This document shows, piece after piece, positions 46,628-56,787 of a stretch of DNA of 64,000 nt. The position numbers and the translations under genes were made by a program. Origin of the DNA: Epithemia pelagica (Eukaryota > Protista > Bacillariophyta); assembly GCA_946965045.2 (NCBI GenBank), contig OX337230.1, forward strand, positions 3,968,001 to 4,032,000, in the 5' to 3' direction. Under the pieces are notes generated by a model. The model had not been told where the DNA came from, made no database searches, and worked only from the letters and a program-made list of their open reading frames with translations. The stretch's first letter is position 1, and each line of letters opens with the position of its first letter.

Positions 46628-47705
46628 TTACATTGTTAACTTCACCTTTTCTTTTTCTTCATTAGACAAGAATTTCTTTGGAACTCCCAAACATCCAGCA
46701 TCTTCAACTGTCCGTGAACCATAAGGATAAAACAACTTCATCATTTCTTGTTTCTCTTCTGTATTTGCCCAGCCTGTATAAACCTCGAAGTCACTGTATT
46801 GCATGCGCAACAAGGATATAATACCATGCCGAGCAAGACCTTCCGACCCATCGATAGAAAAATTGCTCTCATTGAAATCCTCCAATCCATCCAACACTTT
46901 TTTGTCCTTGAACTTCAGATTATTCACAACGTCGTGAAATGAACGTGTCAAGTAACAAAGAGCTTCTGTATCTGGTTTCTCCTCCATATACACAGCAATC
47001 ATGCCAATATTTTTTATCATATGAATTCCCCGTTGACTTGGCTGTCCCCATCTGACGAATTTCTTTCCCATTCTCGTCCACCATGTAAAAGATGTTATTG
47101 GAGTCGACCATCATATCAGTGAAGAAGTTATTCATGCTATTCTCCACATTATTTATCATGAGGAAGTTTGAAAAACAATAGAGAAATGTACCATCGGATG
47201 CCTTTTTTGCAACAAGTAGTAAGATAACATATTTGTTCATCAGTTGGAAGGGGCCAATGCATCGCGTCTTTGTCAAGTAATTCGTCTTGGTTTCTGTTGG
47301 CTTGTTTGGGCTCCCTGAGACAAACTTAAGCTTCATACCTTCTTTAACAGGGGAATTCATAAGCATTTTCTTCGGTGACATAACAATCATGTTATCGTCA
47401 TCACTGTCATTATCTTCACTGTCTTCAATATCATCGTAGTCATTTGTTTTTATTTCCTTCGTCTTTAAGGTTTCTTCGATCTCCTTGAATGAATCGGTTT
47501 CCATCTTATCGTAAGTGGTTAGAAGTTTGGGTGGCATTGTTGGAGTGTCATCAGAATCATCACTGGAGAAAATTGTCAAGCTTCTAGATGGTCCTGCTTT
47601 GTTTGTCGAATCCTTGGCTTTCTTAGGGATTGACTTCTCTGTGCCATTTGTGGCAGGGCTGTTTCGTGTTGCTTGACCCATAGTTGTGTCTGAATTTATG
47701 ACCAA
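46628..47705 (-). pseudogene. Unknown acidic/K-rich protein, frameshifted
   Basis: ORFs 46920..47705 and 46628..47071 overlap; protein-like composition switches frame near 47040. Confidence 0.5.
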
Positions 47706-48139
47706 TGTTCAAATTCATCTATTCCTTTACCACTTCCATAACGTTTGTATCACTATCCACTGTCTATGCATGACAATGACGTCATGAAGATGAACAAGTG
47801 GATATGCTTCAATAAGCACAGTTCAAGTAGCTGACTTCATATCGCGTCACACTGCCGCAGCGTCTTGATTTTTGATCGCCTTCAGTGTACTTCACAACGC
47901 AGTTGACACATGGTTGATAGCGAGATGACCTCACCTCGTATGCAATTCAATACCTGTCAAATACGTCACACATCGCATCTTCTGTGACTTATGTTTCACG
48001 CACAAATCAAGACGTACTACATGTGTACTTGACACGCACCTAACGGAAAAGATGTCGTTCAGGTATGACAATTGGCAACAGAGCTTGCATGTACTTGAGG
48101 CCACTCGTCCCGCACATCGCACCATAGCGCACTTACCTC

Positions 48140-48385
48140 TAGAACGAAATACAGCTCATAGCTAGATTAGCGCGCTCACGGCCATGAGTCACGAGGTCGA
48201 CTTGCTTGATAAGGTATAAGATACTACGTAGTCGCGCGGGTCAGGACGAACATGGGAGAACAGCATATTTTAGATTATATTTTATAGAACGAAACACAGC
48301 TCATAGCTAGATTAACCCGCTCACGACCACGAGTCCCGAGTCGTACTTGCTTGATTAGGTATAAGGTTACGAGTCACGCGGGGAA
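48140..48385. repeat. About 100-bp diverged direct repeat (period 145 bp) upstream of the MBD gene
   Basis: TAGAACGAAA(T/C)ACAGCTCATAGCTAGATTA at 48140 and 48285. Confidence 0.85.
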
Positions 48386-48459
48386 GGACTCTTGATTGCA
48401 AGTTGTTTGTTTCTCTTCAAAGTCCGTTTGATACGCATCTGGAGCAACCGCGTTGTACA

Positions 48460-49286
48460 ATGGTAGTTACAGTCATCTTCATCGATTCCGACAACAGCTC
48501 CGAAGAAGAGGAGGAAATGAGGCGGGAGGATGGTGGAGGTCCTGAAGGCGCCATACCGGAAACAGATGCGGAAGTGGTCAGCCAGATAATTGAAGAAGAA
48601 GTTGCGGTTGATGATTCAAAGGCAACGCGAACAGGAGCGAACCAGGTTCGCTGTAAAACGAAGGCATTTGAGTCTGTGCTTGACCAATCTTCCTGTTACG
48701 AAAAAAAAAATGCTTGCCATCTGGAGGAAAGAAAAAACAAATAGCTACGAAATCTCTGTTGGATGACAAATCTCAGAAAGAAGGACCTTCGTTAAATGGT
48801 GGAACTACACCCACCGTATCGAGCACTTCAACCACACACAGCCCCAAACAATCCGTCAGCAAAAAGAAGTCTTTGGCTCCATCGCTTGGACAGAAATCAT
48901 CTTCTCCTACTCCGAAATCAACTTCTTCCGTTACATCATCGGTCAAGCCGAAAAAGGCAGTAACGAAAACAACGCTTGTGAAAGCAAAGAAGGAAATGGT
49001 CAAGCGGCAGACAAAAGCTTCCACAGACAAGTCAGCAAACGGTCCAGTCTATGTAGGTGTACCAACGGAATTCCTACGTGAAGAGGGTTGGCCCGAAGGT
49101 TGGGTGGAGAGGCGGTATAAGCGACAAAGTGGAATGACGAAAAGTCGCGTTGATTTCTACTGGTTTCCTCCTACGACGGACGGGAGAGAGCGGAAACTCC
49201 GTAGTATCGTGGAAGTCAAAAGGTACCTTGCCGTACTTGCGACGACAGGAAGTGAAGATAAAGCTTTTGCTGCTCGCAAGGGATAA
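48460..49286 (+). CDS. MBD (methyl-CpG-binding domain)-like protein; interrupted near an A10 run (frameshift or degenerate intron)
   Basis: C-terminal WPEGWVERRYKRQSG...RVDFYWFPP...RKLRSIVEVKRYL fits the MBD pattern P.GW...R..G....D.Y...P....RS..E...YL. The acidic N-terminal ORF is in another frame. Confidence 0.7.
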
Positions 49287-49371
49287 ACCAATGTAAAATG
49301 ATTTACAGATCTGCAATCTTCAGGATGATGCGTGGTATGTCGCATCGTCTAAGTACTTTGTCAGAACACAG

Positions 49372-49938
49372 CTAAGAGCTACTAACGATGAAATGTAGTT
49401 GCAGTACAAATGAATGTAGGTAGTAGGACACCATTCTGTCTTCCAGGGGAACGTCATGAACAATCTTGTGCAGTCTATGTACTAAATCAGAATCAATGAC
49501 TTGGACCCATAACGTTTCCCCCCAATCCCTTGACGGAGGAATGCGAGCCAATTCGCCGGTTGAGGTCGAAGAATGGGCTAAGATAGAGTATGCCTTTGCG
49601 AACGCCATCCATCGAAATCATGACACAAAATCTCTGATTGTACTAGCATTCGAACCTTTGCTCTTTGTGTCAGTTGTGGCGGCGCCGCCTCCAAAGCCGC
49701 CCTTTCGAACGCCATTCGAAACACCACCAAGCCAAGCGAAGCCAGAGGAGACATTGTAGGTTGCAACGCTACCAAACAACCTCTGCTTGTAGTGCATCGC
49801 TCTATATTCCATTTTTGATTCTCTGACGTTCGTCACATTGCTTCGCCGCGATGATGTGCCCACCCCCAACACGTACTCAAATGGCATCCCCACTACCGCC
49901 GCTGATTCATCTTGCATCACATTTACACTGACAATCAT
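49372..49938 (-). pseudogene. Unknown protein with an in-frame TGA
   Basis: ORFs 49618..49938 and 49372..49608 are in the same frame, separated by a single TGA. Confidence 0.35.
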
Positions 49939-50455
49939 TCTCTCAGATGCCTAGGGTCTGACGTGCGCCTGCACATTACTGACTTCATCTCGCATCACAT
50001 TTGATGTTACTGTGCACGTCACCTCTAAGGGGTCATAAGTCCGATGACATCAAACCGTTAGACCTACGAATGACGTAAGTGAAAATGTACACCCAACCAC
50101 CACACGTCACTGTAAAGTGACATCGTCTCACCTACATTGCGCACACTCTACAGCTTCGACCACCAGAAGCAGCACCCTATATTCCATTTTTGAATCCTGA
50201 CGTTCGTCACATCGCTTCGCCGCGATGATGTGCCCACCCCCAACACGTACTCAAATGGCATCCCCACTACCGCCGCTGATTCATCTCGCATCACATTTAC
50301 ACTGACAATCATTCTCTCAGATGCCTAGGGTCTGACGAGCGCCTGCACATTTCTGACTTCATCTCGCATCACATTTGATGCTACTATGCACGTCACTCTC
50401 TTAGGGATCATAGGTCCGATGACATCAAAACCGTTCGACCTACGAATGACGTAAG
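49802..50455. repeat. About 278-bp direct repeat, 2 copies, period 375 bp
   Basis: CTATATTCCATTTTTGA...CCTACGAATGACGTAAG at 49802-50079 and 50177-50455. Confidence 0.95.
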
Positions 50456-50828
50456 AAAAAGTCTATAGTAGTACGCATTAATGCGTGATCGCGTCAGTGA
50501 CCTCATGAATCCGGTATGACTAAGCGAATCTATAGTAGACGCATTAATGCGATCTCGCGTCAGCGACCTTATGAATTCTGCAGTTTAGTAGCTATGCGAC
50601 TATGTGATACCATCTCGTATGACAAGTGATGATGATGGTGTCATCGACTTCTTGAATTCTAATTATATAGATAGCAATATGGCGGACCTCAAACAACATA
50701 TTTGTACCCGTCGGTACATGATACGGTGGAAGACGGCGCAGAAGTGTCATAACTTCTGATTACTTACATATGATGATTACAGCTGTCAAACTGGGTTCAA
50801 TTTTAGTCGTCTTCTCGTTTTGCTACCT

Positions 50829-51836
50829 CTATTTCTGACGTGGTTTCTTGGCTCCACTTTTGTCTTCATTAGTCGTTGAATTGGAGGCAGACTCGTACTC
50901 CGCAAGCAGGTTTCTGTGTCGGCGTGGCCGCATGGTAAGATTACAAGGGCACAGCTTCAGCACAATCTGCTGGCTGTCGTTGACGACGTAGGATGGATGA
51001 ATAGTATCCTTGTTCAACTTCTTGTGGCACTTTGGTACACTGCAGATAAAGGTCGATTTTGGGCCAACTCTCGTGTACACATACATTGTCATGGGATGAT
51101 GGTTTCCTCCACCTTCTGACCATGACACACACTTGTTTTGCGGTCCCAAATATTTCTGCTCCATTGTATAAAACGACGCAGACGATGACGTCTCCATTTT
51201 AAACTTCTTCCGTTCTTTGTTAACCACGTCCAATGGACCGACTTGGAAACTCAATGGATCAAATGTGACAATTTTTGAGCCTTCTTTCATCGTCGCAAAC
51301 AACCCAGCGACAAAATCGTTTAGGTAGGGCGCGGCAGGGGCCGAACGCGTTCCAAACACGTCACCAAAATTGTTACAGAATACTTTCATCACGACGTTTC
51401 CCGACTATGTCAGGAAATGACGATGTTCCGCCTTTTGTAGTTCACCGTTGCGTAGCTCCACCGCCGCGTGACCCACCAACTCCACCAGTTGCTTTCTAAA
51501 AGTAAGCGACATGTCATAACGCCCCTTCACAATCTCGATACCTCGGCTTGTACAGCCATGGGTATAGGCTGCTTGCATCACTGCGTTCCCCAGACCATGT
51601 CCAAAATCTACGAAAATGTCCGATGATTTAAGTTGGAGAAGATCTAACAGCATTGTCTCTGTAGGTTCTGGCAAGAGGCGACCATATTGGGCGCTTGAGA
51701 TGCACGTATTGGCTTTCCTTATTTCACGTTGCGCCTCAATGGCTTGCGTTGAATCAAGCCCAGTAATGTTGCGACCAGCTTTCTCCCAGTTCTCAACGAA
51801 TTCCTCCACGGTAATTCGTGGCATGCTGAAGGCCAC
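50829..51836 (-). pseudogene. DOT1-like (H3K79) class I SAM methyltransferase with an in-frame TAG
   Basis: YGRLLP...LQLKSSDIFVDFGHGLGNAVMQAA...GIEI...; after a single TAG (51405-51407) the same frame continues VFCNNF...MKEGSKIVTFDP. Confidence 0.75.
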
Positions 51837-52548
51837 CTGCTACTGACTCAGCCGTATTACTCTGCCTGTAAGAATTCTGTCTTCCTACATTCACTTATCA
51901 CCATATACCCAGCTGCGTGTGTTCCGTTTTCTTCACAACCAGAGGTGCAAGCAAGTTTTCTTCACCACCAGAGGTCTAAGTGAGTTTTTCACTGGTGGGA
52001 GACTGACGTTCGCTTTCATGCAGTCTCGTGTGGCATGTTACGGAAGATCATTCAGCGATATAACTGACGTCAGGAAATCACTGACGTAGTGTCGTGTATT
52101 ATGTGACGCAACATCGTGTCAGCTAAGTCATAACTGTACTATTACTACTGGCGACGCAGTGGCCTGCACGACCATTGGCAGAATACGCTTACCATCTCAG
52201 CGTCATCCGTTATCATCCATCAGCGTGCACAATACGGTGTACTGCAACAAGGCCAAAATCACATATGCAGGCAGGAGTAAATGACGCACCATGTGCGTGA
52301 CGTATTTGAAGTTATAGTGACTTCGATATTATTAAATATCAGTGTATGACGCGACTCAGCTCTATGCGATGACGTACTTCAAGTGACGCTAGATAACAAT
52401 TCGGCACATTCCTTGTTTGACCATAGCGTATTCATCTCTCAATATATAAAAATTATCATTCTTCTAGGGTGGTTGCCGTCTGTTTGGGGGCTTAAACGCG
52501 CAATTTTGGGGGATAAGTCTCCTATTTCTCATCTCTCTCTCTTCCTGA

Positions 52549-53274
52549 CAGGGTTTGGAATTTCCAAAATCACCCAAGGAAAGGGAATTTAAATTTCCAA
52601 TTTGGCATCATTCAAGTCTCGAAATTGAATTCGAATTCAGGCTTTCCCAGAAGCAAAATTGGAAATTGAATAGAATCCGTAATTTTGGAATTAAAGTCGT
52701 CCGTAATGAACTTGAAATTGACAATTCCAAAGAATCAGTTCCCAAAATTGAATGGAATTTCAAATTTCCAAAATAGAAGTATGAGAAATTGAATCAAAAC
52801 TCTCAATTTCCATTTTACGATTCTTTGAATTGAATTGAATTCACATTTTTACCCATAATTTCATTTCAATTTCGAAATTAGAAGCTTCTTATACGAGAAA
52901 ACTACCCATTTTGCTCACGTAATAGCAAGAAATAGTACAAAATTTTGTGTCAAGTTGAGTAATTGCTCCTTTAAAATATAGGAAATTGAATGGAAATTGG
53001 CCAATGCTCGAGTAGAAGGGATGGAAATTGAATGAAATTAGGCATTCGTCGCATCGCAGTAATAGAAATTGAATGAAATTGGGCATTCCCGATGACTATG
53101 GCAGTGAAATGGAATGAAAATGTGACATTTTACACGAAGGGAAGCGAAATTGGAATTGAAATTATACATTCCGTAGTCGAGGAAGACAAAACTAATGAAA
53201 ATTGAGTAATTTCGTTTAAATTCTTCCCAATTTCCGAAATTTACAAAAATCTCAATTCGGAATTCCAAACCCTG
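52549..53274. mobile_element. hAT-type non-autonomous element (MITE), 726 bp
   Basis: TIR CAGGGTTTGGAATT at both ends; 8-bp TSD CTTCCTGA at 52541-52548 and 53275-53282; interior rich in GAAATT/AATTGAAT motifs. Confidence 0.93.
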
Positions 53275-53719
53275 CTTCCTGAACACACAGCACACAAACG
53301 ATAAATTCTTGGGCGACCTACATGCGAACAAACGTCGTAGAAATAAATTTTCTCAACAGCGCATCAGCATAAAGACTCAATCAGAGACGTTTCTCTTATA
53401 GATCTGTTAGAATAGTTATTCTGAGTAGTGTCTCAAAATAAGAAGGTGCGATGTTGACCGTCTCTAAATAAGCTTAGAATATGTCTTCTTTTGAGCTAAG
53501 TGCTAAGTAGACCTTTTCTATCCGAGTCTTATCTGCAGTGTCCAACTGCTAGAACTACCGACTGCAAACTGCGGACTACGGAGAGACCGCCTCCTCCACC
53601 CAATATTTTCTCACTCCCAGGTAGACTACCTGGAGGAAAACGGTTGTCTCCTAGACTCCTAAAATCCCAAACTTTTTGGACGATTGAAGCCTGATCCAGG
53701 AAAAAGCAATCCATCACAT

Positions 53720-55631
53720 CGAGATGGGTCGCGTTTGGAAAGTCGACGCACCAAGACACACATAGATCCATGAAACATCCTTCAGCAAAAATAGGAACGA
53801 AACAAGACTAGTGAAGAAACGGACAATTTATCTGATCCAGAGAGACCGTTGATGAGTTGAGGGGAGCCACCCAGTCAAACGGATTCGAACAACAAGAGTC
53901 ATCGAGGAGGACAACGTTGTGACAGAGAGTGGACGGTCATCGGAAAATGGCAAATAGTTCCATTAGTATCTTTTTGGCAACCACAGAATTCGTTCCTACT
54001 AGAGTCTGCTGCAACACGTTCCGGAACGTGTCACGGATTCTCTCTCCGTCGTCTGTTGGAATGAATTTTTGTCTTTGCCGACGAAAAACCCATGCACCGT
54101 ACCAAACGCCCCAGTGCCATTCCACGGCAACCACACCGATCTCCGAGGAGAGGAGCGGAATCCAACGGAAAAAGCTTGTAAAAAAAGACAGTGCGTCTAC
54201 GACAACTCAATCTGCCTCGGCGGGCCATCTGAAGGCTTCCTCTGTTGCAGCTGTTCATACGAGGGAGAGAACTCCAATTGAGGTAGCAAGCATTCGAGGA
54301 CGTCCATGAAAGTTGCTTCCATTTCTTCTTCTTCGTCCATGAAATCTAAACTATGAGATGTACCATGCATCGTTTTCCTTGTACCACCGGCACCTTCAGA
54401 ACTTCTAGAATCGTGGCTTTCCTGCGGAAGACCATCATTACAAGAACGGACCTGCTTCTTCTCGGGGCTGCCAGACGAACCTCTTTTGTTGTTGCCTCCG
54501 TCGTCGTTACTATCTCCTTCATCTTCTCCTTCATCTTCTCCTTCACCCTTTTCCATGATTGCACCACCTTCCATGCGTTGGGGGAACATTTGATTCCAGG
54601 ATGCACGATTTAGAAAGTCTGTCGGAGCTGAGGAAGCATCCGGGGCCTTCATCATGTGGCGGATAAGATAGTTTGCTTCCCCTTTAGAAGTTGCTGCGTA
54701 TTCCATTAGAGCATTTTTCTTGCTGCTGAACCAATAGAAGTTCCATCTTGGACCAAGATCCGTCATGATTGTGAGAATGCCTGTATCTTTGTTCAGAAAA
54801 CTAGCTGACAGATGCTGTAGAACAACCTGACGATGAATCTCTTCGGTGGCGTTGTTCTCTTGTTTCTTCAGTTCGATGGCAGCCCACATGTGTCTTTTAG
54901 CTGTGTGGATTCCTTGATGTCGGTTTGCAGCCATCACGACATCAATATTGCCTCTTGTCTTAATGCCAGATGGTAAAAACCTAACGGACAAGAAAGCACT
55001 GGACTTGACTGCATCAAAAAGCTGGCTTCCGTCAGGGAGACATAAATTGGAACTTCTGAGGTAGGCCATGTACTGGCGACGATTGTCTTTGGAATCCTCA
55101 TTTTTAGTAGCATCCCAATAAAACGGAGCCATGTTGCTGCCTAACTCATGGCATGCTCGCTTTGTGTCCTCATCCGGTTCCCAATCTGGTGCATCGGGTA
55201 CAATTCCAATCGCATCGATGGCTCTATTGAATCCTGATACCGACGGGTTGGAGATAACTAGAGTTTTTTCCTCCTCCTGTTGTAGCTTCATCCAAGTGTA
55301 AATGGAGTTAATTTGCGCAGGCGTATCCAATTCGCTCGTGTCGTCTTCCCACTCCGCCGCGTCCCTTTGAAAATGAAAATTAGACGGCCTCTGCAGAAAC
55401 ACAGTCAAATACAGAGGTGCATGTGCCGTCAAGGGACGTGGTAAATTAAAAAAAATGATGTGAGGGCTTCAGTTTGTTGACTCTTGGATGGCGTCATGCG
55501 AAATAGATTGTTGTTCCTGCGGTCATGTAGTTCAATACTAGCCATCCGTCTCGAAAATAGGTGAAGTAGGCAAAGAGAGATTCGAATCTCAACATCGAAT
55601 ACAGATACACAATCACAAATTCAAACTCACT
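53720..55631. repeat. 1.9-kb direct segmental duplication, copy 2
   Basis: Matches 30313-32229. Confidence 0.97.
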
Positions 55632-55813
55632 GGTTGGACAGGCGGCCCCAGCCTGTAGGTGCCGCTGTCATCAAGGGAATCAAAACCGCCTATTTCTGTG
55701 CCGTTCGTATCTTCAAGGCACTCCACGCGCTTTCGATTGATATAGTCGTTATATTCTTGGTGATTGGAGAGTTGCACAGGTTTGCCATCAACAATGATTC
55801 GCTTGCGCGCCAT
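54197..55813 (-). CDS. Crinkler(CR)-like effector B: ubiquitin-like header exon + the same REase-fold exon as effector A
   Basis: Exon 1 is 55813-55631 (61 codons, MARKRIIVDGKPV...SLDDSGTYRLGPPVQP), phase-0 intron 55630-55391, exon 2 is 55390-54197. Confidence 0.78.
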
Positions 55814-56304
55814 GGTGCTGTTCCAATTTTTGGGGGGAAAGGTTATTTGTGTGATTCTATATGTTTTAGGAGTATATTTATACGTCGCCTCTCAGTTAAA
55901 GTTTTGCTGACGTTTTATACGTGACTCAATTTCGCGTCAAGCGAGCTTGTGGACGTGGAAGAAGAACGGGTCGACACAGGCATGGTGCCAGCCGGAACTA
56001 CGAATCGCAGCAGAGCACTTGGAGAAGGAATCGTCGAACGAAAGCTGACAGAAGAACAACAACACTTGCCCACAAGGCCTCGCATTCGCATCGTGTCTCG
56101 TTCCAATCTCCAACAATGGAATGAACTTTTTTTGTTTGTGTACATGTTCTCTACAGAAATCGCTCTCCATACATATAGTAGTGTACTTTGGGAACAAAGG
56201 CGAACTTCTTCCACAAGAGATAGGTCGCGGTTGGAAAGTCGATGCACCGTACAAAACTCCCAGTGCGATTCCACGGCAACACCCTCCACCACAAGGAAAG
56301 AAAA

Positions 56305-56439
56305 GAAACGACAAAAGGATGATGATAGGAAACCACTTTTTCGTAGAAGAAGAAGATGCTCACGTTCGGTGAAACGACAAAAGGATGATGATAGGGAACC
56401 ATTTTTTTTGTAGAAGAAGAAGATGCTCGCGTTCGGTGA
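56305..56439. repeat. About 67-bp tandem duplication
   Basis: GAAACGACAAAAGGATGATGATAGG... at 56305 and 56371. Confidence 0.9.
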
Positions 56440-56595
56440 CGGACCCACTTCGTACATCCGACGAGTTGATAGACCAAAAACACTTACCAGACCGAGGCCA
56501 ATGGAACGCTTGAGTCGCAACATGGCAATGGGCACCACGACAAACCAGGCCGAATACAATTTACCAAGAAAGGCCAAATCCTTGCGTGCCAACAA
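56423..56595 (-). pseudogene. Copied fragment of the MATE gene 3' end
   Basis: ARKDLAFLGKLYSAWFVVVPIAMLRLK versus GRKDLAFVGKLYTAWFVLVPTAMLRLK at about 61800. Confidence 0.85.
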
Positions 56596-56603
56596 AAGAG
56601 TCG

Positions 56604-56690
56604 TTGTGTTTCGAAGGCTCTCAAGCGGGCTTGTCGTGGCTCACGATTTTGGGCAAACGACACGCCTATCGCAAAGCCAAAGCAGAAAGC
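56604..56690 (+). pseudogene. Copied, inverted fragment of a tag glycosylase gene
   Basis: FEGSQAGLSWLTILGKRHAYRKA versus LEGAQAGLSWLTILRKREAYRQA at about 29650. Confidence 0.85.
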
Positions 56691-56787
56691 AGGGGGGATA
56701 ATGGTCTTTCATTCGAAACAATGTTTACAAGTCGACCATATTCAATACCGAACGTTGCTTCAGAACACTAGGCCTCCTTTTAACGTT

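Noticed and set aside
49372-51836. Selenocysteine or stop-codon readthrough recoding of the interrupted ORFs
   Set aside because: The DOT1 stop is TAG and further stops lie upstream; no SECIS or redox motif is recognisable at the TGA. Pseudogenisation is the simpler explanation.
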